NCBI GenBank assembly: GCA_951406725.2
Contig: OX597826.1
Location: forward strand, 70,742,001 to 70,806,000
Direction of reading: 5' to 3'
Origin: Octopus vulgaris
Taxonomy: Eukaryota
Length of the DNA stretch: 64,000 bases
Shown piece by piece: positions 12,152 to 24,678 of this stretch. How positions within the stretch are numbered: position 1 is the stretch's first letter; each line of letters starts with the position of its first letter. Both the position numbers and the translations under genes were made by a program. The notes beneath the pieces are model-generated. The model was not told the origin of the DNA. It searched no databases and saw only the letters and a program-made list of their open reading frames with translations.

Positions 12152-12242
12152 CATGTACAGATATGCATATAATATGTTTGTGTCTCTCTTTACGTTAACT
12201 TCCTGCAGACTCTTGTGTTGCTTTTCTGATTATTATTGACAT

Positions 12243-12403
12243 AAGGAGTGGCTGTGTGGTAAGTAGTTTGCTAACCAGCCACATGGTACCGGGTTCAGTC
12301 CCACTGCGTGGCATCTTAGGCAAGTGTCTTCTGCTATAGCCCCGGGCCGACCAATGGCTTGTGAGTGGATTTGGTAGACGGAAACTGAAAGAAGCCTGTC
12401 GTA

Positions 12404-12454
<51 letters not shown>

Positions 12455-12689
12455 GTGTGTGTGTATATGTTTGTGTGTCTGTGTTTGTCCCCCTAGCATT
12501 GCTTGACAACCGATGCTGGTGTGTTCACGTCCCCATCACTTAGCGGTTCGGCAAAAGAGACCGATAGAATAAGTACTGGGCTTACAAAGAATAAGTCCCG
12601 GGGTCGATTTGCTCGACTAAAGGCGGTGCTCCAGCATGACCGCAGTCAAATGACTGAAACAAGTAAAAGAGTAAAAGAGTAAAGAGTAT
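12243..12689 (+). mobile_element. SINE family B (CORE-like, internal TA/TG microsatellite)
   Basis: Head ggagtggctgtgtggtaag..gggttcagtccc, CORE-like catcttaggcaagtgtctt, tail ggcggtgctccagcatg..cagtcaaatgactgaaac(aagagta)n. Confidence 0.92.
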
Positions 12690-12716
12690 ATTCTTGTCTG
12701 TCTGCTATTTTTGAGT

Positions 12717-12755
<39 letters not shown>

Positions 12756-13779
12756 TATATAAATGAGTGTGTGTGTGTGTGTGAAGAAACAACTCAAACA
12801 ATACCTGGGCTGACAAAAGCGCATGCAAACATATATAACACACTACCGTGTATAATGACGTAATGTTTCGCAAGCCAGAAGAATAGGGAAGGTACGTGAA
12901 GACAAGACATAAAGTGTTAAATATTTCTTTTGGCAGTGAAAAAGATTGTTTTAAAAATCTATATTATCTATCAAATTACCTACAGACAGTTATTGTAAAT
13001 AATGATAGATGGCTGAAAATTATACATTTTCTGTTACACCTACAGTAAGTATGCTGTCCACCAGTTGTATTATGAGTTATTTTTGAATTAACAATAAGGT
13101 ATGACTTTGAGCTTATTAACATTGCAGCCATGAGAGACGGCTTGGTGTGGAAGAACGTAAGCTCAGTTCCTTGAAGCAACCTCAAAATGTGTTTAAGATT
13201 TTGGTGCGTTTTACTTGTTTCAGTCACTTGACTGAGGCCAAGGTGGAGTAGCACCTTCAAGAGTTTAGTCAAACAGATCGAACCGTTGAAATACAGGCAC
13301 CTAATCAATGCTAAACCGGGGTACAAGCACAAAGACACATACACATTTAACATAAATTTACTTACATATACGTGTGTGTGTGTGTGTGTGTGTATGTATA
13401 TATGTATGTATGTATGTATGTATATGTATATAATAAGTTAAAAAGATAATAAATGCACAAGCCAACGGGAATCAGACACAGAAAGTCGCCAAATCGTCAT
13501 CAGTTATCATCCATAGGATCAAACGCAATTTCGTGCCTTATATATATATATATATATTGGTATGTTGATGCAAGTACGAAAAATAGAACTCAAAATATGA
13601 GTATATGTATATATGTTTATTGATATTTAGCAGAAGTAATAGAGTGACTCAAGGTTCGCGTGTGACTCATGATTCGAGAAACTCTTGAACCATAAGTCAC
13701 TCTGTTACTTCTACTAATTATAAATATATAAACACACTCACACACACACACATATATATATACATACCTACATACACCC

Positions 13780-13819
<40 letters not shown>

Positions 13820-14538
13820 GGGTGTATGTAGTTATGTATATATATGTGTGTGTGAGTATGTATATATATATATATATACATATGCGCCTGTATATGTCTG
13901 TATCTATGTACCTGTGTATATCTATGCGCAGATACGTTTATGTACGTAGCTTTATGTGCGCCTATACCATCAAAACATCGACCACTAGTAATCAATCAAA
14001 TACGGGTTGCGATCTTCTCCGGGAAACTAAGCCAGTCTCGAATATCGCCGCCAATAAGTACGTTTCCATTACTGTCTATTTTATCTCCACATATTACCAA
14101 ACGTTACACCGACACTTTTGGTCTCACCTGGGAAAAGGCAACCACACTTATATGATACGTACTTACACTATAAACAAAATGCTGTCACAAGATATAGGAG
14201 AGAAAATACACATGCATATACAGACACTTTATACTAACACATATAGACTATGTTTTTTATGAAGGAAAACAACAGTTGAATGTAGATAAAATTATAAGCA
14301 ATGTTTTCACACTACTATTACTATTAGCATTATCTATTACTATATTTATTTGTAGAGTTTTTTTGTAATTATCATTGATAATAACTCATCAAGTAATGTT
14401 GTGTTTTATTGAAATCCAAATATTTGAGTTCCTTTTTTTCTTTCCCACCTATTATTTTCTTTTAATATAATTTCGATATAATTTTACCAATATGTTTTTA
14501 TACGACGTCCGTTAGTTTTTTGCTAGTTTTTACTTCTA

Positions 14539-15008
<470 letters not shown>

Positions 15009-15849
15009 TTATGAATCATATTGAAAATATCTTTCAATTTGATAAAAAGAAATGGAGAATTCCGACAGCAACCAACACTTCCCAAAACATCATAAACAGA
15101 AGTGTGAAACCAATTTATATATATACTTACTTACAAAGCTCAATATACGCGCGCGCGCATTTGTGTATATATGTATATAGATTATTAAACGGAAATTGTG
15201 CGGAAGACTGTCGGATGCATATCCTTCTTTCGCCCCCTCAACGTCGTCTCCGACAGTCTCCTTCTTAAGACTCTTATGTCTTCTCAGATAATACTAGTAA
15301 AGCGTACTTGAAAATAGAAGACTGCGTGGAACAACTCGGTATGCTTTTGATATTTATTACCATTAGGAACCAACCACAGAGTGGATCATCTCCAAACCAA
15401 TGCGCAGATTAATAAACACCCTCAAGAATGGACTGGATTTAAAAAGGATATCATCGACCCGATTAGCCTTAAAATTAGGTACTCTAGACAAAATTAGAGC
15501 AATAAAACTGCAGTGCTGTGGGATGACGTCAGCAGCTGGGGAGTTAACCGGAACTTGGGGCTGACCGGAAGAGGAATGGGCAGGAAGGACGCACGGGCAG
15601 GCAGGGGTGGATTGGGCCTCTTCGATCGGGGCAGCGGACAGAGCTGGACATGTGAGCGCTTAGTCAAGGTAGGGGAAAAGCAGCTGCTATTTCTAGCATT
15701 CGGGTCGGGCCACTTGGAAGGGCGCGTTACCGCTGAAGAGGTCTACGTCGACGAAGAGACGGTAGGTGTATCTATTTCAAATCTCCCGCATACACCACAA
15801 GTGCCAACACCATTAAACGCTCACTAGTGTCGTAAACAACGACCCAATT

Positions 15850-16420
15850 ACTTATAGTTTCAGTCATGACATTTCTTTATTCAGCTTGTGTTGTCGCTCT
15901 CCCTATGAAACTCTAAGACGGGTCTGACCAATGATTGAAAACGGTTTCGGCTGGTCTTGAATCGACGTTCAATAAGCTTCAGGTTTGTCTTGCATGTAAA
16001 ATGATGCTGTATAAAATTCCAACGGAGCAGTTCAGTATTTCCCAACAGCTATGTTAAGATCAGTAAGGGATTTCTTGTTCTTATGTTGACCTTTAGAAAT
16101 TAACTCTGACTTTCTATTCAAGTTTTCCATTGGTTTAGGGAGAATAAAGTACATCTGGTCATTGTAAAGTTTGCTGCAGTAATTTTGGCACGCAGTGTGC
16201 CTAATCCTGAACTTCATCATTGACCACGTGATACTGGAAATTGTTAATTCCGTGGTTCTACAACACTACGTAAGACATGACGCTGGTGTTGTATTTCGTT
16301 TCCTTATATATCTAAAGTTACACTTATGGTTTAAGTACATGCTTAAAGTCCTGCCCTTGTACATTTCGATATATAATTTTGGAGTTCATGCACTCTTGGA
16401 AGCTGAAACAATAGACAGAT
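15850..16420 (-). pseudogene. Penelope-like element GIY-YIG endonuclease fossil plus downstream terminal remnant
   Basis: Minus strand: ECMNSKIIY, FK..YLNHKCNFRYIRKRNTT, SITWSMMK, YFIL...NLNRKSELISKGQHKNK (compare LNKRSELISKCRHxNK). A decayed CTGAAG...GAAAC lies at about 15943-15982. Confidence 0.8.
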
Positions 16421-16929
16421 AGATAAATTAGGAATTTAGTTTTGTATAAATTACTGAACAGAAACAAAACGCCTAATTTCGATAGCTTTCCATTATACCA
16501 ATGCAAAGATTCATTCCCCTTACAAGAACGCCTAAACAAGGAAAGCCTGTTCATACAAAAGCACAGGCCACACCTTAATATACAAACTTGACCACTTCAA
16601 AAATTATACTGAGGCGTTAGCTGTCCCACTTACCACCTGTTACCTCCCTTGGTCCACTCTCTAGACACATTCTTATTGGCGAGACCCTTTTGTCACAAGA
16701 ATTGATTACTTCACACTGTCCCTTGAAAAGCTAATTTAAATAGCGAAAACCGGTTTGATATCACTATATCCATAAAATATTTATTTAACTTTAAAATTTT
16801 TCTTTATAAAAAGATATTAAAATGTGAAACGAAGGCATTTCTTTTCCATTTTTTATGTTTTCCACATGTTTTCAACACACACACACACAGACACACACAC
16901 ACACACATATATATATATACATATATATA

Positions 16930-17076
16930 TATTCTCTCCTTCTTTTCCTCTCAATCCATTTTCTCGAAGAGCGTAGGATCGAAACGTCAAATACTTTCCC
17001 ATTCTTCCTGAGCGTCAAACTAATACATCTACGTGCTCCTTCACCTGTCTTTGTCTTTTGCTTTCTGTAAATTTGA

Positions 17077-17080
<4 letters not shown>
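16930..17080 (+). mobile_element. Penelope-like terminal fragment with hammerhead-like motif, between (TA)n and (CA)n
   Basis: gaagagcgtaggatcGAAACGTC...cctgagcgt...taatac, homologous to 24677-24873 and 42276-42401. Confidence 0.65.
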
Positions 17081-17153
<73 letters not shown>

Positions 17154-17264
17154 AGATCATATGCATATATATACATATGAAAAAATATGTGCATATATAT
17201 AAGAATATATATGTATATATGCGTGTATATATATTTTTACCGCGCATATATATATGTGTGTGTG

Positions 17265-17295
<31 letters not shown>

Positions 17296-17627
17296 GCGTG
17301 GTGTGTATGTATCTATCTTTGCAAGTAATTCTATTTCAGTGTGTGTTCGTATTTAGAAGTGTGTATGCATTTCTATTACGTGCGTACTTGTACGCTTACA
17401 TATATATTTACATCATTATACACGAATATATATTAGTGGTTTTATATTTCCTTTCAAGAGGTCTCACGTTTTACAAATCCATTTCAAAGCTATTATTATT
17501 TCTATAAACCAGACTAATTTTTTTCTGAAAACTCTTTCAACACCACATATATATATTCAATTCTATTATTCTGTTATTCTATTAACAGTTTGAGCTAAAG
17601 GCTGGGGCAATGCTGGGACACCGCCAT

Positions 17628-18056
17628 TACTCTTTTACTCTCTTTTACTCTCTTACTTGTTTCAGTCATTTGACTGCGGCCATGCTGGAGCACCGCCTTT
17701 AATCGAGCAACTCGACCCCGGGACTTATTCTTTGTAAGCCCAGTACTTATTCTATCGGTCTCTTTTGCCGAACCGCTAAGTAACGGGGACATAAACACAC
17801 CAGCATCGGCTGTCAAGCAATGCTAGGGGGACAAACACAGACACACAAACATATACACACACACTTATATATATATATATATATATATATATACGACAGG
17901 CTTCTTTCAGTTTCCGTCTACCAAATCCACTCACAAGGCATTGGTCGGCCCGGGGCTATAGCAGAATACACTTGCCCAAGATGCCACGCAGTGGGACTGA
18001 ACCCGGAACCATGTGGTTGGTTAGCAAGCTACTTACCACACAGCCACTCCTGCGCC
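17628..18056 (-). mobile_element. SINE family B, full length
   Basis: Reverse complement of the family B consensus. Flanked by a direct duplication of about 113 bp. Confidence 0.92.
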
Positions 18057-18325
18057 TAATTCTTTCTGAAAACTCTTTCAACACCATACATGTATATTCA
18101 ATTCCATTATTCCATTATTCTATTATCAGTTTAAGCTAAAAGCTGGGGCAATGCTGGAGCACCGCCATTAGCAATATTACTCCTTATTCTAGGCTCACTT
18201 CTCGGTCCTGTCTCTGAAATCGGTCTTAATGAAGTAACGAGTTGCACAGAGCTGCCCTTCTCTGCGTATCTTGCCGTAATATAGGTTCATCTTGTATATT
18301 AGATAAAAAAATTAGCTAATTTATT

Positions 18326-18678
18326 GGCGTAGGAGTGGCTGTGTGGTAAGTAGCTCGCTTAGCAACCACATGGTTCTGGGTTCAGTCCCACTGCGTCGCA
18401 CCTTGGGCAAGTGTCTTCTACTATAGCCTTGGGCCGACCAAAGCCTTGTGAGTAGATATGTATATATATATATGTGTGTGTGTATATGTTTGTGTGTCTG
18501 TGTTTGTCCCCCAACCGATGCTGGTGTGTTTACGTCCCCGTAACTTAGCGGTTCGGCAAAAGAGACCGATGGAATAAGTACCAGGCTTACAAAGAATGAG
18601 TTCTGGGGTCGATTTGCTCGACTGAGGGCGGTGCTACAGCGTGGCTGCAGTCAAATGACTGTAACAAGTAAAAAGAGT
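18326..18678 (+). mobile_element. SINE family B with internal deletion
   Basis: Head, CORE-like segment and tail present. Confidence 0.9.
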
Positions 18679-18696
18679 ATATGTGTGTCTATATAT

Positions 18697-18754
<58 letters not shown>

Positions 18755-19413
18755 GAAATATGTTACGAAAAGAAAATATAAAATACACGTGGAAATGTAA
18801 GGGTAAAATACGAAAAATCAACGAAAATGCATTTATGACAGGTAGCGACAAATACATACATTTAGATTGACTGAGGTAGTAATACGAGTCATAAAGGTCA
18901 TTGTTATGAGATGATTATAAGATGATAATAAAGTAAGAGAACAAAACGAACCAATGGTTTACGCGAAGCTATTCATCGTTTGAACAACACCGGTTAATAT
19001 ACGGTGTCAGGTCTAATAGTTCCTGTATATATATATACAGTAAATGTTGTCAACGTAGCATCAATATAGATTAAAGTTCGTATATAGTAACAAGAACCAC
19101 ATGTAGTTTAAAAGAACGAACAGAAAACAAATTGTCGACATTTCTGATATTTCGTTGCGTATTTTTCAATAATCATCAATCTAGAATTAAATCAATTACG
19201 AATTATATCTTCAGATGATATATCGAAATATTTCCATTTACATCGGCTGAAGAAGTGATCTGAAATTGATTTTATTGTTGTTTTATGCCTGCTGATACGT
19301 ACGCAGTGAAATATCTGAAATATCAACGATTTTTTTTCAGTTGGGTCTTACACGCGCTTACATACACGCACACTTAAGCGTGCGCGTGTGTGCGCCCAGG
19401 CATGTGTGTGTGT

Positions 19414-19500
<87 letters not shown>

Positions 19501-19610
19501 TCATTTCGCTGTCCTTGAAACACTAAGCATCATCATACAGACAATATATTTATAAATAATATAAATGTGTGCGAGCGTGCATATGTGTGTGTCTGTTCGC
19601 ACGTGCGTAT

Positions 19611-19650
<40 letters not shown>

Positions 19651-20974
19651 GAGGAGGAAGGAAAAAAGGGAGAGACGAAGAGTGACAGATAGAACGCAGT
19701 TGAGGGGGCGAAAGAAGGATATGCATCCGACAGTCTTCCGCACAATTTCCGTTTAATAAATTTTACTTACAAAAGCTTTGATCGACCCGTATGTATAGCA
19801 GAGGACATTTACCTCATAATAGCGAAGTGAACTTATCATCTATACGGGGCATGCACATCCTGAATGATTTAGCATCTCTTATAGATTTAACAATAGGTGG
19901 GCGACAAAAATTACTTAACACACCACAGAGGTTATGGATTACTTAACATTACGTAAGAAGTTGAACGTGTATGTATTTGCATCTACAAATGGTTGCATAT
20001 GTGTGCGTAAGTGTTCGCGTGTATGTATGACTATATATAGATCGCTTCCTTCTCTCCAGCTGTTGGTTTCACTCCTCTCTCCTTCTCGTTCTATTACCGT
20101 CTTTCTCTCTCTCTCTCATTTTCTCTTCCCCCTATCTCTCTCTCTCTGTCTGACTGTCTTTCTAATATTTGATTTTTTCTTAATTCTTTCTTTCTCTTTA
20201 TCTCCTTATTTTTCTCCCAGTTTCCGTTTACCAGTCCGTCAGTAAGTTGGATGCATGTATGTGTGCATGAGTGCACGTGTGTATCGTTAGACACACACCA
20301 TCACTACCTCTTGTTACCTTATCCTAAGTATCTATACATTTTGTCATCAATGGGTCTATCTCTGCCTCTGACTTTATGTTTGTGTTCATTATGGTCTTAG
20401 TATTTTTTTTCGCTCAATGTATCTACATCTTTGTCTTTGTATATCCCTTTCTTGCATCTCTGACTATTTCAATGTTTATCTATTTAAATCTTTTCGGCTG
20501 TCTTTTGATATCGAAAATTACCAAGAAAAACAATTTAACAATAAAGTAGTGAAACGAATGGTTACAGTTTATTGTGAAAAGTAAAATGAAGAAATGTCGA
20601 CGTTTCGGACAGTGGTCGTTTGTCATATTATTTCTCTAACGCAAACCACTTGGATTTATATCACATAATTTTTATCTATTAAGGTTATTTTCTCAACATC
20701 CATTTAGCTCTTCTCTTTATCCTCTCCTCTTCTCTTATACTTTATTATCTTTCTCTTTCTTTTTTCCACCCTCCTCTATCAATCTTTATCTGATCCTTCC
20801 CTCTCTCAGTTATGCTATTTCTTTCTCTCTCATTACAGTCAATACGTAACTTTTTCTTCTACCTTTCTTTTTCTCTTTTCCCTTTTCCTATTTCAGTCTA
20901 TGTTGTTCTCCTCATCCCCTTTCCTTATTTCTTAGTCTTTCTTTCTTCATCCCTCTGTTTGTCTCTCTCCCTCA

Positions 20975-21071
<97 letters not shown>

Positions 21072-21134
21072 TACATACATACACACGCACACATACATAC
21101 ATACATATGTGTGTGTGTGTGTGTGTGTGAATGT

Positions 21135-21358
21135 ATGTACGGGACACCAGTCCATTGCAGGTGAGCTTCAAGATGTAGGAGGAAAGAAAGAAAGAGAAAG
21201 TTGTGGCGAAAGAGTCAGCAGAAGTTTTCCATTACCTTCTGCCAGAGCCGCATAGATCTTAGGTATTTCGCTCATAAACACACTCATCGCCCGGTCTGAG
21301 ATTCGAACCCGTGATCCCTCGACCGCGACTCCGCTGCTCTAACCACTAGGCCATATGC
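21135..21358 (-). mobile_element. SINE family C
   Basis: Reverse complement of 7117-7340. Confidence 0.85.
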
Positions 21359-21594
21359 CTATGTATGTATGTATGTATGTATGTATGTATGTATGTATGT
21401 ATGTATGTATGTATGTATGTATGTATGTATGCATGTATGTATGTATGTATGTATGCATGCATGTATGTATGTATGTATGTATGCATGTATGTATGTATGT
21501 ATGTATGTATGTATGTATGTATGTATGTATGTATGTGTGTATGTATATATATGTATACACATGCATGTAGATAGCTAGATAGATTTAGTTATAC

Positions 21595-21910
21595 TGGACT
21601 GGCACTTCGTCGTATACGACGGCGAGGGTTCCATTTGATCCGTCCAACGGAACAACCTGCTGGTGCAAGTGACTGAGCTCTCCACAGACATGTGTACCCT
21701 TAACGTAAGTCCTGAAGGTGATTCAGTGTAACACAGAGTGTGACAAGGCTTGCCCTTTGAAGTACAGGTACTACAAATTTTGCCAGCTGAATGGACTGGA
21801 GCAACGTGAAATAAAGAGTTTAGCACAAGTACGCAACACATCGCCAGGAGTTGAACTCACAATCTTACGATCATCAGCCGAATACTTTAACCACTAAGCT
21901 ACGCAACTTC
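21595..21910 (-). mobile_element. SINE family C variant with alternative 3' body
   Basis: Homologous to 53705-54010 (cacgttgctccagtccattcagctggcaaaa; cgttggacggatcaaatggaaccctcg). Confidence 0.8.
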
Positions 21911-21927
21911 ACTTCAGTTATACTATG

Positions 21928-22160
21928 GTATTTCTTTACTGCCCACAAGGGGCTGAACATAGAGGGGACAAACAAGGACAGACAAAGGGATTAAGTCGAT
22001 TACTTCGACTCCAGTGCGTAACTGGTACTTTATTTATCGACCCCGAAAGGATGAAAGGCAAAGTCGACCTCGGCGGAATTTGAACTCAGAACGTAACGAC
22101 AGACGAAATACCGCTAAGCATTTCGCCCGGTGTGCTAACGTTTCTGCCAACTCGCCGCCT
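21928..22160 (-). mobile_element. SINE family A monomer
   Basis: Consensus match with TSD-like cagttat(a/g)ctat. Confidence 0.9.
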
Positions 22161-22795
22161 TTTTGCAGTTATGCTATTATACTATGTGTGGGTGTCTATA
22201 CGTATATGTGTGCTTGCGTGTTCATGAGTGCATGTGTGTGTGTGTATGTATGTGTGTGTGTGTGTGTGTGTAGTTTTGTGTCTAGAACCGCTGCACTTAG
22301 CCCACTGCTTGTGGAAACAAACATCCTCATTATATATTTAAATTCATGTTAGTTTCGGAAACAAACTGAAAAAAAAATTGGTTTCATTTTATGCTCTGTA
22401 TTTTACGTCAAATCAACAGAACTTACACTACAACGACCAAAACGAACAGCAACAACAACAACAACACCAGCGAAAATAACAAACAATAATAACAATAGCA
22501 ACTACAACTACCAAAAAAAAAACGATAATAACCATGCCGATGATACCCACCCTCAAGAATCATCGGCAAATAACAACTATAGAAGAAGTAGTAGTAGTAG
22601 TAGTAGTCGTTGTTGCTGTTGTTGTTGTTGTTTTTGTTGTTGTTGTTGTTGTTTTCTCTGTCAGTCCTTCCGCCTAACTTTGCGTTCTCAATAGATTGTC
22701 TCACCAGAAATAAATATTTCACACGTCTTGTTTTTGTTTTTGTTGTTGTTGTTATTTGAAGATATCAAAATAAATTAGTTTTATTTTAATTGGGT

Positions 22796-23380
22796 TTTCT
22801 TCTTTTTCTTCACCTTCTCTTTCTTCTTCTTCTTTACCTTCTCTTTCTTCTTCTTTTTCTTCTTCTTCTTCTTCTTCACCTTCTCTTTTTTCTTCTTCTT
22901 CCCCTTCTCTTTCTTCTTCTTCACCTTCTCTTTCTTCTTCTTCTTCTTCTTCTTCTTCTTCTTCTTCTTCTTCTTCTTCTTCTTCTTCTTCTTCACCTTC
23001 TCTTTTTTCTTCTTCTTCCCCTTCTCTTTCTTCTTCTTCACCTTCTCTTTCTTCTTCTTCTTCTTCTTCTTCTTCTTCTTCTTCTCTTTCTTCTTCTTCT
23101 TCCCCTTCTCTTTCTTCTTCTTCACCTTCTCTTTCTTCTTCTTCTTCTTCTTCTTCTTCTTCTCCTTCTTCTTCTTCTTCTTCTTCTTCTTCTTCTTCTT
23201 CTTCTCCTTCTTCACATTCTTCTTCTTCTTCTTCTTCTTCTTCTTCTTCTTCTTCTTCTTCTTCTTCTTCTTCTTCTTCTTCTTCTTCTTCTTCTTTTCG
23301 TCTTCTTCTTATTTTTCTCCTTCTTTTTCTTTTTCTTCTTCTTCTTCTTCTTCTTCTTCTTCTTTTTCTTCTTCTTCGTC
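22796..23380. repeat. (CTT)n polypyrimidine tract of about 590 bp with higher-order repeats
   Basis: Almost purine-free, with recurring cttcaccttctcttt and cttccccttctcttt interruptions. Confidence 0.95.
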
Positions 23381-24084
23381 TTGTTTTATTTTTCCATTGA
23401 TAGATTATGCTTGTGGCTTCTGAGAATGCTCAACAAATAATCAAATAAATAATAATATATTATGATTATTATTATCATCATCATCATCATTATTATTATT
23501 ATTATTATTATTATTGTTATTATTATTATTATTATCTCCCCTTTATTTGGCACAAGGACACGAATGAAAGGCGAACAATACAAGGACGCATGAAAGGAGG
23601 TGATTACGAAATCGTCTGTGGTGGGACGAATACTTTATACAAAGGTGAAGGAATGGCAACAGGCTGTGAATGGTATTTAATTTGAATGAATTAAAAATTT
23701 ATCAACCACAAAAATTAAAAGGAAATAATAAAAACAATTATAACACGATAATTAAAGCAAGATATTTAATAAGAAAATTAGACCTTCCCCTTGGAATCAT
23801 CACGATACCTTACGCTTGTGATTACGTTTCCTCCGAGCTAAATTTGTACTGGAAATTCCTAACTCTCCCGTGTCGCGTTCTGCTGTATAGGACAAGTGAG
23901 GAACTACCTCTTCCGGATTGTTGAAAAATGATATTTTGTAATGTCTATCTAAAATTTAAAGTATTATTTTGTCCTTTTCATATTGTATTGGAAGTTCTCA
24001 ACTTTTCCGTGATGAGTTCTGTGGATATTGGACAAGCGGGAAGTCACCTCTTCCGGATTGTTAAAAAATGATATTTTGTAAAGT

Positions 24085-24334
24085 GAAAGCAGCGAGTTGG
24101 GAAGGCGGCGAGTTGGCAGAATCGTTAGCACGCCGGGCGAAATGTGTAGCCGTATTTTATCTGCCGTTACGTTCTGAGTTCAAATTCCGCCGAGGTCGAC
24201 TTTGCCTTTCATCCTTTCGGGGTCGATAAATTAAGTACCAGTTACGCTCTGGCGTCGATGTAATCAACTTAATCCGTTTGTCTGTCCTTGTTTGTCCCCT
24301 CTATGTTTAGCCCCTTGTGGGTAATAAAGAAACG
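24085..24334 (+). mobile_element. SINE family A with perfect 15-bp TSD
   Basis: gatattttgtaaagt at 24070-24084 and 24335-24349. Confidence 0.92.
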
Positions 24335-24643
24335 GATATTTTGTAAAGTCTATCTAAAATTTAAAGTATTACTCTGTCCTTTTTATGCTCCTCCCTAGAG
24401 CCTCGTTATCGTGGAGTGCGACCATGTTGGTTTTCTCTCAGTCCACTGATACATTAGAAACTCGACTGACGTTTCTGACTTAGAGTTCTATTTATAGTTG
24501 GAGGGTGGCGGGAGTGCCTATGTATGTGAAAAGTTTCTTCGTTGGGTTTTTCTGTAGGGAAAGTACTCGACTGCCTTGAGATCTAGCGATACGTCCAAGA
24601 AGTTGATTTGTTTATAGACAAACATATACAAGCACACACATAC

Positions 24644-24676
<33 letters not shown>

Positions 24677-24678
<2 letters not shown>

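Noticed and set aside
15243-15850. GC-rich unique segment with ORF 15513-15827
   Set aside because: The frames examined show no recognisable domain. It is possibly part of the adjacent PLE relic.
22781-23440. Poly-Lys and poly-Leu ORFs
   Set aside because: These are translations of a (CTT)n microsatellite, with no splice or domain evidence.
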